Shown here piece by piece: positions 10,828 through 21,300 of a stretch of DNA of 64,000 nt. The notes under the pieces were generated by a model. It was not told where the DNA came from. It worked only from the letters and a program-made list of their open reading frames with translations, and did not search any database. Each line of letters begins with the position of its first letter. Position 1 is the stretch's first letter. Origin of the DNA: Sedimentisphaerales bacterium (GTDB lineage Bacteria > Planctomycetota > Phycisphaerae > Sedimentisphaerales > SM23-30); assembly GCA_963666285.1 (NCBI GenBank), contig OY762711.1; one strand, 5' to 3'. The position numbers and the translations under genes are program-made.

Positions 10828-13002
10828 CTAATTACAAGCTTGCTGCGGATATAGATTACAGCTTAGCCAATCAATTGCAAACTGGGCAAAATCGGCAACA
10901 TTAACCATACAGTTTCCATCAAAATCCATTTCCGGTTGTGTTTTGCATGCAGGCATCCCAACAACTGAATAATAATCCTCGGCAAGAATTTCAAATGGAA
11001 CCGGATAATTCCAGACTTTAACATCATCAATTAAACCACTAAACCGCTCCTGGCCATTTCGATTACAACCAACCTGGAACTGGCCAAAATCTATATCAGA
11101 AACAGAACTTTGAACTTTTACTATTCCATCCAGGTTATAGTAAACTTCAGTAGAAAAACCATCACAAACAACAGTAATATAAACCCAATCTGTCGACGAG
11201 GCAGGTCCAATTAACATGCCCTGGCTTCCCCAGTATCTGTACTGTCTATCAATACTAAAATCAATCTGGAAATCACTGCCGCCATCGTTATTATTGAAGA
11301 TACCAGTATATTGCCCCTGGTTTTCAGTCTCAGCTTTAACCCAAAATGCCAAAGTGTATCCCGCATAGAAAGTTTTAGGTTCAACGGTCTCCGGATCACC
11401 ATCCATATCAATACCTAATGGAGCAGTAAGCCGATCATAGTCACCATTAGATTCTACTACAAATTCAGCCGAATGACTGCCGATGGCACCCGGGATATCG
11501 TCTGATAATGAAGGGAATGTAATATTCGGGTCAGCCGGATCTACCTTAACAGATTCATCTATAGCATCATTGCCATTGTTAGACATATCCATAAATTCTG
11601 ATGTTTCCATGTCCCAATATAAAACCATCCTATTGATAGTAAAATAAGCCGGTTCAGAAGGAACTTCCGTACCGCTGGCATTTGAAACAACACAGTAATA
11701 GTAACATTCATTAGCAACTTCAGGTATTAGAGATAAAACAGGTGTGTCAATACCAACCGGCGAATCATCAGCAGATAACGGATCATTATTGTTATCAATA
11801 GATTTATACCATTGATAATGCGGTGTAGTTAAGCTGCTAACCTCAATAGAAAAAGAGACTTCAGGATCACCTACAAATGCTGAATTATGCTCAGGCTGGC
11901 TAATAATAACAGGAATACTTGGTAAAGAACCAAACGTCCATACCGGGCCTTCGATTGTTGCAGGAGATGTTGGAGCAGAATCATTAACGCTTTCATCTAC
12001 CCTCCAGTAATAATTCTTATCAAATTCAAGAGATAAAGAGTTTGTATTTGAAGACAACTCCTGAGGTACCACATCAATAAAATTAGGTTCATCAACACTA
12101 ATATAGAAATAATGCTTGGTAATGCTTGGGTTAGCCTGAGTTTCGTCAGCAGGATTAACGGCGACATTCCAGCTAAAATCAACACTCACTTTATCACCGT
12201 CAATCACTCCCTGATGAACAGCATTATTGGCCGGACTTGGGGCCCAGGCCTTAACATTCACCAGATTAGCAATTTCCAGATCAGATAAAGCATTGTCATA
12301 AATACGAACATCGTCCATTAAACCAGTCAAAGGCTCACGAGGTAGATCTGATGCCTGGAAGGAATCGCCACCACCAAGACGAACATAATCATTATCTACA
12401 AATGCAGTATTAACCAGCTGATTTGCTCCTCCAGTTTGAGGAACTTCAGCACCATCAAGATAAAATTTAACTTCCGGTGTCCTTACCGCACCGTCATTAT
12501 TAAAATCATCAATAGCTAATGCAACATGATACCACTGGTCTATGACCAATTCCCCGGCAGTAAGAGCTAAAGCATTACCGCCAGCCACTTCAAAACGCAA
12601 CCTGCCATTCTCTATCAAAAAACGGAAATACTGTGAACTGGCAGCATTATTACCCCATTCAACAAGAGTATGACGATTTGATTCCGCTGTCATTTTTACC
12701 CATGCCGAAACCGTTCTTGGGGTACTGTTTAAGACACCCTGAGAATCAGTTAAAATCCAATCATCACCATCAAAGTTTAATGCAGTACCACGAACAGAAT
12801 CACCAGACACCCAGGTCGGACCTTGCCCGGAACTTGAAGCAGGATTTGCCCCCTGCATAAATACCCCGGTATTACCGCCGGTTCCAAAATCAGCAGTGGT
12901 AAACCCGCTGCCCTCGTTCATTTGCCAGTGATTTACCAACTCTGCTTGCAAAGATACTGCCAGGCACAAAAGAGTAGTTGTAAGATATCCCACTAATTTC
13001 AT
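10828..13002 (-). CDS. Secreted LamG-Ig-LamG protein with C-terminal dockerin-like motif
   Basis: Signal peptide; GLMDDVRIYD, YYWRVDE, YQWYK...YYCVVSN, GLIDDVKVWN; DFDGNCMVNVADF..FAIDWL. Confidence 0.8.
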   Translation of the reverse strand: MKLVGYLTTTLLCLAVSLQAELVNHWQMNEGSGFTTADFGTGGNTGVFMQGANPASSSGQGPTWVSGDSVRGTALNFDGDDWILTDSQGVLNSTPRTVSAWVKMTAESNRHTLVEWGNNAASSQYFRFLIENGRLRFEVAGGNALALTAGELVIDQWYHVALAIDDFNNDGAVRTPEVKFYLDGAEVPQTGGANQLVNTAFVDNDYVRLGGGDSFQASDLPREPLTGLMDDVRIYDNALSDLEIANLVNVKAWAPSPANNAVHQGVIDGDKVSVDFSWNVAVNPADETQANPSITKHYFYISVDEPNFIDVVPQELSSNTNSLSLEFDKNYYWRVDESVNDSAPTSPATIEGPVWTFGSLPSIPVIISQPEHNSAFVGDPEVSFSIEVSSLTTPHYQWYKSIDNNNDPLSADDSPVGIDTPVLSLIPEVANECYYYCVVSNASGTEVPSEPAYFTINRMVLYWDMETSEFMDMSNNGNDAIDESVKVDPADPNITFPSLSDDIPGAIGSHSAEFVVESNGDYDRLTAPLGIDMDGDPETVEPKTFYAGYTLAFWVKAETENQGQYTGIFNNNDGGSDFQIDFSIDRQYRYWGSQGMLIGPASSTDWVYITVVCDGFSTEVYYNLDGIVKVQSSVSDIDFGQFQVGCNRNGQERFSGLIDDVKVWNYPVPFEILAEDYYSVVGMPACKTQPEMDFDGNCMVNVADFAQFAIDWLSCNLYPQQACN

Positions 13003-13111
13003 TTTTAACCTCCAAAACGTTGAAAAGTATGTTTAACAGTCGAAAATTACATATTTCCGCGCGCACATTCCTTGTATAGGTCGCCGACAAGCCACCAAAA
13101 TCTAAATAGTT

Positions 13112-14749
13112 TTAATTAAAGGCTGAATTATATAATGATTCAATTTGACGGTCGCTTAGCTGACCGGGAAACAAAATAATATCAGAAATCGCTCCATCCA
13201 TACCTTTGATACCATCAAAATCTCCTCCAATTATGAAAGTGCTATAAGGAGCAACAAACTCTGCTTTATCATTTTCAGAAGCACTAACCTTCTGACCATT
13301 TATATACATGTATTTATAGCTAGTATCATTACTTGCACGAACAATGGTAATAAAATACCACTTATTGGTCTCAAGTGTTATGTCACCTCTTGCTGTTTTA
13401 GCTTTATCTGAGTCAATACTATAGGCAAAGTGCTCTAACTTACCTTCCGAATCTATCATATTAACACGCCAATTACCCCCTGAATCCGGACTATCGGCAC
13501 AAATAAACTGAGGTTCAATTGAATTCAGTTTCACCCAATAGCCAATAGTATAGTAGTAATTTTTGTGCTGGGCGAGTGACCGCATATTATTAACCGTAAC
13601 GGCAGGTTGGGAACCAAAAACTCTAAGAGCACTGGACTGTTTATTGCCCGTGAGAACAGGCCCGGAAACAGAATACATCTGCTGGTTGACACTAACATCT
13701 AAAGTTGAGCCAGGAATATTATTTTTAAGTATTGCAGGATGATCACCATCAACTTTGAGATGCATAATAGCACCGAGAGATTTAGCGGTTAAATCAAACC
13801 TGGTTGGCATATCAAAGGCAAAGCTAGTAGTATCAAGCTTGATATTCACAATTTGATCAGATGTTGCCCGGCATGCCTGATTGGCACAAAGTCTTACCGA
13901 ACGTGACGACTCGTTGTCACCTGACGACACTGCCTCCATCTCGATGATGCCGGATTTGACATAAGCCTCAGTAACCTCCATACCATCAGTATATATACCA
14001 AACCTGGTACCAAAATCAGTTATAGATGCAGCAGGCGTATCAACAGTAAACCCTATTGCCTGGTGGGAAACATTAGCAGTAAGCCTGCCCTCGGCGAGAT
14101 ATATTGTATTGCTGGAAAACAGGTTGATCTCTGCCGGAGCTTCAAGAATAAGGTCAACACCTGTATTAAGATGTATCTGGGCAAAACCATTTATAAGTGT
14201 ATACACACCGGGTTTCATATTACGGTTATCATTATCCGGATCGAAAGAATTTTCCCATTGGGCATTTATCTGGTCACTTACATAAGCAACATTTTTATTA
14301 TTGCCGTCAGCGGTAAATCTGAGCCAGAAATCAAGTACAGCAAAAGAGATTAAAATCAGGATAACAGCAGCAGTTGAAAGAGCAAAAGAAATAATATTTG
14401 ACCTGCGACTACGCTGGTCAGACTGGATACTGTCTTTAGTTTTATCTAACTCAACTGCGTTATTTTCTGGAATATCAATAGAAGGAGCCGAAGCCTCATA
14501 CTTAGCCATTTTGTCAAGAATATCAGATTCTTTGACAGCACTTAACTGGAGATATAAGCCAAATTCATGGCTGATAGCCTTATCATTTTTTAAAGCGGCA
14601 CACATAGCAATATATTCATAATAATATTTGCACGCAAGCTCATCTTGAGAAAGAATGTTATCAAGCTCAGATAACTGCTCTTCGGTTATCGTTCCTTCCC
14701 GGACCGCATCGCAAAGATCAAATAAAATTGTATATTTATCATCTTTCAT
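13112..14749 (-). CDS. FecR-like anti-sigma factor with C-terminal LamG domain
   Basis: Single transmembrane segment; FecR motif GFTVDTPAASITDFGTRFG; directly downstream of an ECF sigma gene. Confidence 0.85.
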   Translation of the reverse strand: MKDDKYTILFDLCDAVREGTITEEQLSELDNILSQDELACKYYYEYIAMCAALKNDKAISHEFGLYLQLSAVKESDILDKMAKYEASAPSIDIPENNAVELDKTKDSIQSDQRSRRSNIISFALSTAAVILILISFAVLDFWLRFTADGNNKNVAYVSDQINAQWENSFDPDNDNRNMKPGVYTLINGFAQIHLNTGVDLILEAPAEINLFSSNTIYLAEGRLTANVSHQAIGFTVDTPAASITDFGTRFGIYTDGMEVTEAYVKSGIIEMEAVSSGDNESSRSVRLCANQACRATSDQIVNIKLDTTSFAFDMPTRFDLTAKSLGAIMHLKVDGDHPAILKNNIPGSTLDVSVNQQMYSVSGPVLTGNKQSSALRVFGSQPAVTVNNMRSLAQHKNYYYTIGYWVKLNSIEPQFICADSPDSGGNWRVNMIDSEGKLEHFAYSIDSDKAKTARGDITLETNKWYFITIVRASNDTSYKYMYINGQKVSASENDKAEFVAPYSTFIIGGDFDGIKGMDGAISDIILFPGQLSDRQIESLYNSAFN

Positions 14750-14755
14750 ACGTTG

Positions 14756-15289
14756 TCAGTCCCATTCCATCTTTCTACTAACACATTTAAACAATGCTAC
14801 ATGTATTTTTTTATACTCTTTATACAATATGTTTACGCTTTTTTCCGTTCTTCTCGCAATTTTCTGGACAGTCTGCCCATCTTCATACCTGAGAGCGAGC
14901 AGGTTTTTGCTTCTTTGCGAAAGTTTTTCTATACATTTGCGCAGTGCTTCCAATGGTTTTTGAGACTCCTTCGCAGAGACTTCGGCAATATCGCTAAGCT
15001 TTTCCAGAGTTGATGAGGTAAAATACTTTCTCTTTGTCTTATCCTTTTTAATATGAGAAAGAACCTGAAAATGAGCAATTTTAAACGCCCAGGCGAGAAA
15101 ATCGGTGCCTGGAGTGTATTCTTGGAATTTTTCCCAGAGAATAACAGTAGTCTCCTGAAATATATCATCAGCTAAATTCCAATCAGCTACATACGACATA
15201 ATAAAACCGTAAATTCTATGCTGATTCGGTGTTAGCAAGTGAAGAAAGCTTTGTATCAATTCTTGTTTGTAATCTTTGTTATCTACCAT
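14756..15289 (-). CDS. ECF sigma-70 factor (Planctomycete/Verrucomicrobia type)
   Basis: ADDIFQET..LWEKF..Y.PGTDFLAWAFKIA (region 2); LRKCIEKL...LLALRY (region 4). Confidence 0.9.
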   Translation of the reverse strand: MVDNKDYKQELIQSFLHLLTPNQHRIYGFIMSYVADWNLADDIFQETTVILWEKFQEYTPGTDFLAWAFKIAHFQVLSHIKKDKTKRKYFTSSTLEKLSDIAEVSAKESQKPLEALRKCIEKLSQRSKNLLALRYEDGQTVQKIARRTEKSVNILYKEYKKIHVALFKCVSRKMEWD

Positions 15290-15437
15290 TTTGGAGCAAT
15301 TAATAATGCATCTTAAAAATTATGATATAAGCATATATCCTCTCATCAAGAATTTCGCCATTTTTTTCAATAAAAATACTAGATTTTCCCTCAAAACTGC
15401 GCACACAGGCATTTTTTAGGGAATATTTTAAATAGAG

Positions 15438-15470
15438 AAAGCCTCATAAGTTATTTACTTACAAGGCTTT
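15438..15470 (-). terminator. Terminator hairpin downstream of tRNA-Lys fragment
   Basis: Minus-strand AAAGCCUUGUAAGU-AAAUA-ACUUAUGAGGCUUU, fully paired with two G-U pairs; identical copy at 44168-44200. Confidence 0.6.
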
Positions 15471-15476
15471 ATTAAG

Positions 15477-15521
15477 TACGCCATTTAGGACTCGAACCTA
15501 AAACCCACGGATTAAGAGTCC
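15477..15521 (-). pseudogene. 3' half of tRNA-Lys(CTT) (att core)
   Basis: Minus strand GGA-CTCTTAA-TCCGT...TTAGG-TTCGAGT-CCTAA-ATGGCGT-A gives the anticodon loop, T-arm and 3' acceptor strand; no D-arm or 5' acceptor strand. Confidence 0.85.
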
Positions 15522-15529
15522 CAAGCTCG

Positions 15530-16976
15530 GGTAGTGTCAAGAATCTTTCGCACATTTATTAGAGTATCCTTCATCCGGTCTTTTCCCGGTTCTGGATGCC
15601 CCCCTAGGGGGGCGGCGAGTTATCGGTCGCTAGCCAGTTTTTTTATTCATTTTTTGCTCCTTCTCAAGATCGTATAAATGCTCCATATTCAGATATCTTT
15701 TAGTACTCCATTTTGTTCCTGCTATATGTCTTAGCCGGGCAGTGGCTAACATCAAAGCACTATGACCGTCTGGAAAACTACCAACAACTCGGGTACGTCG
15801 CCGAATCTCTTTCATTATACGTTCCAGACCATTATTGGTTCTCAGTCTGCTCCAATGCTCATCAGGGAAGTTATAATAGCTCATAGTCTCCATGTAACCT
15901 TCTTCTACAACTTTGGCAGCTTCTTTCAATTTCATAGAGAGAAGTTTTTCAATTACCTGCCTGGCTTTTTCCTCTGCTGCTTTCTTGTCTTCCTGAGCAT
16001 GGATAGCTTTAAGCATAGCCGCTACCTCACGAACCTTCTGACGTGGAACTTTGCTAAAAACATTACGATACCAATGTACTGTACATCTTTGCCATAGCGA
16101 GTCTGGGTAGTATTGCTCAAGAGACTCTACCAGCCCCATGCACTTATCTGTAACAAACAACCTTACATCTTTAAGCCCTCTGGATTTCAAATGCCTGAGA
16201 AATTGCCCCCATCCTTCCTTGTCTTCTTTGGGACCTTCCCAGCTGCCTAATACCTCTCGGTAACCGTCCTGATCGACTGCTATTGCGACCAGGACTGAAA
16301 CATTGCGAACCTCTCCAGCCCAGCTTCTTTTTAGAACTATCCCATCCAGGTAAACATAAGGGTAATTGCCTTTAAGCTCTCGATTACGCCATTGTTCTAT
16401 CTGACTGTAAACCTTCTTGTTGAGATTGCTGATTGTGCCGGGACTTACCTTTGTTCCCCATAACGTCTGAGTGATATCTTCAACCCTGCGAACAGAAACG
16501 CCTGCAAGATACATTTCTATTAGAGATTCCTCTACGGATGATTCACGACGCTTATAACGCTCAATTATGGCTGTCTCGAATGTGGTCTTACGCAACTTGG
16601 GCATCTTCAAATTGACTTCACCGGCTTGAGTTTGCAACTTACGATCATAGAAACCTGCTCTGGTATCTTTACGAGCTTCGCTACGCTCATATCGTGCAGC
16701 ATTACAAAGCTGGTCAGCCTCGGCATCAAGCATGGTATTCAACGTATCCTCAACGGTGGTACGTACTAGATCTCCAAGCTCATGCTTTACCCGTGCCTCA
16801 TCAATTTTTATGACATTATTCAAGTTCTTGTCATTTCCGGTCGATTGCTCTAACTGTTTCATTTGAAGTCCTTTCTTCTGGTTAATAATAATTTGTTCGT
16901 TACATTACTATCGACCGGATGAAGGACTTCTTTTATCACGTCCAATAAAATTGTGCGAAAAATATTATACGTTATC
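15530..16976 (-). mobile_element. IS256-family insertion sequence
   Basis: Imperfect terminal inverted repeats GGTAGTGTCAAGAATCTTTCGCACA and GATAACGTATAATATTTTTCGCACA (reverse complement); 8-bp target duplication CAAGCTCG at 15522-15529 and 16977-16984. Confidence 0.92.
15630..16862 (-). CDS. IS256-family (Mutator-type) transposase
   Basis: EMYLAGVSVRRV, YVYLDG, FVTDK, WQRCTVH and RTNNGLER motifs. Confidence 0.95.
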   Translation of the reverse strand: MKQLEQSTGNDKNLNNVIKIDEARVKHELGDLVRTTVEDTLNTMLDAEADQLCNAARYERSEARKDTRAGFYDRKLQTQAGEVNLKMPKLRKTTFETAIIERYKRRESSVEESLIEMYLAGVSVRRVEDITQTLWGTKVSPGTISNLNKKVYSQIEQWRNRELKGNYPYVYLDGIVLKRSWAGEVRNVSVLVAIAVDQDGYREVLGSWEGPKEDKEGWGQFLRHLKSRGLKDVRLFVTDKCMGLVESLEQYYPDSLWQRCTVHWYRNVFSKVPRQKVREVAAMLKAIHAQEDKKAAEEKARQVIEKLLSMKLKEAAKVVEEGYMETMSYYNFPDEHWSRLRTNNGLERIMKEIRRRTRVVGSFPDGHSALMLATARLRHIAGTKWSTKRYLNMEHLYDLEKEQKMNKKTG

Positions 16977-17118
16977 CAAGCTCGCTCTATATCCCCTATA
17001 TTTACAGGCACTTACAAGCCTATTTTGGTGTAAAAATGGCACTTACAGCACAATAACAATACAACACTAACTACAATAACACGGGGTTGACAGTTGCGAT
17101 TGACACCATTTTGACACC
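16977..17118. repeat. att-like junction copy 1: right arm
   Basis: 142 bp, end-to-end homologue of the equal-length 44252-44393, ending in an identical GGTTGACAGTTGCGATTGACACCATTTTGACACC. Confidence 0.85.
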
Positions 17119-17192
17119 GCTTACTATACGTTAAAGTATCAAACGTTTCTCTTTCATTGATAATTAAAGAGAATTGTAATAGATTAAATGCT

Positions 17193-18338
17193 CTATTGAG
17201 ATAGCGTTTCATTTCTTTCTAAATGTCTTAATGTTGAGTTTATTTTTGATTGTAACACTTTTTTTGGGGGAAAACGCTTCTTAAGCATTTCTATAACGCC
17301 AATGTCACCTTTATTTGCTACGCTAGTTTTAACGGCTTTTAATGCCCATTTAATTTCATAATCTTTATTCGATTCTTTAAGTACAGCATGAACTTCCGGC
17401 TTGATATCTTTATATGAATAATAATGAAGACAATAGATACCTTTCTGCCTTAGGGCTAAATTAGACGAATCTTTGATGATGTTTTTTATGATCTTTAAGT
17501 CACCTTTTTGAGGGTAAGTAACCAGATTCAATAATGCACCGATCCGCAAACCATCTTTTTCCTTTGTATCATTAATTACACCATACAAAAACTTTCTGGC
17601 TTTACTATTCTTTTGAGTCCCGAGTATATAAAATGCTTTCTTAGAAATATTCTCATCATCACCCTTCCAGCCTTTATAGCTGCCAATCAATAAAGAACTC
17701 ACATCCGTTCTCTTACCAAGAATACAACCGCTCATAACAGCGTCTTTTAATATTTCATCCGCTTCTTGAGCGTTCATGGTTTCATACATCAGCCCAACAT
17801 ATTTATCACCTTTTTGACTTGCCAGGACATGGTAGCCCAGGGCTTTGACCTTATCAACATCACAGTTCATCGCAATTTTATACCAGAATTGGTCAGAACC
17901 AAATATTTTTTGTTTCATCAACTTATCATACATATCGTCAGGTACATCTGCTGGCAATTCCTCTTGAAACTTCCACAACCTTTCAATCATAAAGACCTGA
18001 ACAATAAATTTCTTTTCCGGGCTGTCCTTTAGAGAAAACGGCGGCTGCCAAATATAATGCCCTGCCCGATCCTGCTGACATTCAGTATTATCCAGCACAG
18101 AAAAAGCCTTAGGGTAATCACTACGCGCTTTTAAGATATACGCTTGCAGCAAAACATCCCAGCTATCTGTCCCAATAGAATTAAGATCATTATTATATTC
18201 AAACTTTCCTTCAGCCAACAAAGCAGAATATAAATCCCCTTTTGTTTTAGCTAACAATTCTATCTGCCCATGATTAGTAGCGAAACAAAAACAACAACAA
18301 ATCAAATTAGCAATAATTATATTTAATATATTCTTCAT
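17193..18338 (-). CDS. Exported helical (HEAT-like repeat) hypothetical protein
   Basis: Signal-peptide-like N-terminus; C-terminal repeats such as KKAFYILG, LRIGALLNL, LRQKGIYCL and IKWALKAV. Confidence 0.6.
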   Translation of the reverse strand: MKNILNIIIANLICCCFCFATNHGQIELLAKTKGDLYSALLAEGKFEYNNDLNSIGTDSWDVLLQAYILKARSDYPKAFSVLDNTECQQDRAGHYIWQPPFSLKDSPEKKFIVQVFMIERLWKFQEELPADVPDDMYDKLMKQKIFGSDQFWYKIAMNCDVDKVKALGYHVLASQKGDKYVGLMYETMNAQEADEILKDAVMSGCILGKRTDVSSLLIGSYKGWKGDDENISKKAFYILGTQKNSKARKFLYGVINDTKEKDGLRIGALLNLVTYPQKGDLKIIKNIIKDSSNLALRQKGIYCLHYYSYKDIKPEVHAVLKESNKDYEIKWALKAVKTSVANKGDIGVIEMLKKRFPPKKVLQSKINSTLRHLERNETLSQ

Positions 18339-18364
18339 TTTTCACCTTTTCAATTATAAAACGT

Positions 18365-21300
18365 TTAGTTTTGTATTTCCGACCACCAGTTTATATTTGT
18401 TGGTATCACTCTTTTGGTATTACCGCCACAATGCACTTCACCGCTTTTTTTATGATAATACCAGTCATCAATAGCTACAACATCAATTGTACCTGGCAAA
18501 TCAGCTTCAAATGTTTCCAGAATTATATCACGTTGCGTTTCAAGAAGCCCGTTACCATTTAAGTCTTCTCCTTGATCAAGAATAAAGTTGCAATTGACAT
18601 CTTCATCAACACTACCAGTAAAATAACAAAAGAATGGATCCGGAGCTATATACGTGTCAATACTTATACCTTTAAAGACCATTCCATTAACTAGACCCGG
18701 AGTAGCCGCAAGTGCTCCTCCTCTATAAAACTCAAAAAGTACCGGTGCAAATATAATATCATTTTCAATGTCAAGGTTGAATATCTCAGCAACTGCGTTA
18801 TATAAGCCATTTTCGCCGGTCAGATATGAAGAACTTATCTGTTCGTTATAAACTTTAAGAGTAACACCATTAGTTGATTTATTAAGAAAACTGCTTACAC
18901 AAGATTCATAATCTTGTATACCATCTCCATCTACATCTTCTACTAGGCTAATTAATTTAGGTACATCTTGCCCATTAATATCATCATGTAAAATATCCAA
19001 TGCCAATTCAGGACTCGCCATCAAAACCTTCCATCCATGGGTTCCGCTTAGGTCAGGGATAATAGTCATAAACTCATCTACATGCCCAACAGAAAGCCAA
19101 TCAGTATCAAACTCAACAGGGCTTTGTATACCTTGCCTGGTCAGAAATGATTTGAGGTTGTCATATATTAAACTACCATAATATATCCTTCCATAAGGAT
19201 AACTGATACCAGAAACGGTACAAGGCGGACTTACTTCAAGATTTCCAAAGGAATTGTATGTACTATGATGGGAATATCCCTCCTCTATTTGTATTTGAAT
19301 ATGACCTTTGTCAACACCTAGAAAACCACTAGGATAATTTGTCACAGGGAAATTTTTCAAATCTCTATCTCGAACAGAATCCAGAATTACGTGCATTGAA
19401 TGATAAGGGGCTTTTTGATAGCATATTTGAAATTGATCTTGAGCCCACCTGTCTGTACTCTCGATAATGTTATCAATTACACTTTCCGGTGTTGCATCAG
19501 GAAATTCAATTAAACAATATTGACCTGATTCAGCACTACTATTCATTGAGACATAACTCTCAGCTACTTCATCCAAATGATGCAATAGTATCAGTGGCGC
19601 AACTTTAATTTTAATTTCATCATAATGAATAACTCTTTCCTCTGAATCAGAAATCGGGTCAACAAGTTCTGCTATCATTGTCAGTTCCCCGGCAAAATGA
19701 GGACCAAGTCCTTCGACTGCCAATTCTTTATCTTGACCATTAATATCATTTAATGAAATACAAGAACTTCCAACGCCACCAATTTCAAATTCAGAATCAT
19801 CAAATCCAGTATTCGTACTTGCATCAAGGCCTAAAATTGCTTCAGCATCAATGCTCCTCTCTGAAAACACTCTAACAATATCACTTGCCTGAGTCCCCTC
19901 TTTAACATTTTCTGGATTAGACAAACGTAATCTTATATGCCAGTCATCTGGTACTGAGTATGACACAAGCGGTATCTTTCTAAGTATTACTTTAGCCATA
20001 TCACTTAAATCGTCTTCCCCATCTATATTTGCATCGAGGCAGTCTTTTCCCAGTGGAATAGTATTAGAGTCAATCACATCTTCTCCTGGTGCTAAGTAAT
20101 CATCATTATCTACATTACATAGAGTGATTATACCCCATTGATTATTTTCTGCCGCTATATTATCATCCTCATCATTATCATTAACATTTCCATCGTGATT
20201 TCCGTCGCCGTCAATATCCACCTTGAGAATGCATAATTCATAATTCAAAAAAGATTCCCAGCCGGTTGCTCCATCGCCGTCAGGATCAATTTCTACTGTT
20301 ATTAGGTCATAATCCGGCACGGTACTTTGCTTAACAGCTTCAACATAAAAAGTCAAACAATTCCCTCCATTGTCAACATTCATATCTGAAACGCTATAAC
20401 CGACATTGGACTTAATATAATCGCCGCCAATATCAGCAGGTGCAATTTTTCGACTTATATCTCCATTTACATTCCACAATCGCATTTTCCCATCTGGCAG
20501 TGTATATATATATTCGTTTCCTGCCAACTTAACCAACTGATCTGGATCTGATTCAGAATAAATAAACTTAATATAAGCAACATCCATATCTATATCATCA
20601 GGTAAATATGCCTGAACTCTTAAAAACTGACCTCCAGCTCCTATTCCATAATTTCTATACTTATCTATACCATCGGCATAATTAGGAATAAGATCTTTAT
20701 CTTCATCAGTATTGTTAACACCAAGGTATTGTACTTGCCATTCATAGGCTCCCATATCAATTGAACCATGTGCTACCCTAGCATTTCCTGCTAAATCTTT
20801 TGGAATACTGGTATAGCTGGAGCCCTGGTTAACACATGGTGAATTACTCATAAGCTCATAATTCGAGTTAACAGAAGAAACAAAAAGTGGATCTTGGTCA
20901 ATATTTCCTCCTCCATCAGTACCATATATAGAATTCCAGCTCCCACCACTCCCGTTACAATTATGAACATTACTGTTTTCAATTAATACATTATTCGAGA
21001 ATGGACGAATTTCAATTGAAGACGAATCTATATAATTCCAAATTATACAATTCCTAATTAGTACGTCTGCTTCATTTCCATAAAAGCAAATATTTGGATA
21101 CCTCTGCGAAATATTATCCACAAATGTGCAGTTATTGATTTCAATATCGTAATTAGAAACTAATGCACTATTGTAATATGCGATATTATTTGTAAATAAG
21201 CAGTTGTTTATAATAACTTTCTCATCTCCTATAGTGCCAGTATTATAAAATTCAACTGCACCAGAATACTTCGCAGCATTATTGTTAAAAATACAGTTTG

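Larger units (their letters stand above)
15398..15521. repeat. att-like junction copy 1: left arm, hairpin and tRNA core
   Basis: 124 bp matching 44128-44251 with 2 mismatches by manual alignment. Confidence 0.92.

Noticed and set aside
15477..15521. Functional tRNA-Lys genes here and at 44207-44251
   Set aside because: Pairing stops 3 bp into the 5' strand of the anticodon stem, and neither copy has a D-arm or 5' acceptor strand.
17012..17212. 66-aa ORF, and similar ORFs at 43960-44142 and 44462-44653
   Set aside because: They overlap att-like arm repeats and have no protein features, so they are probably spurious.
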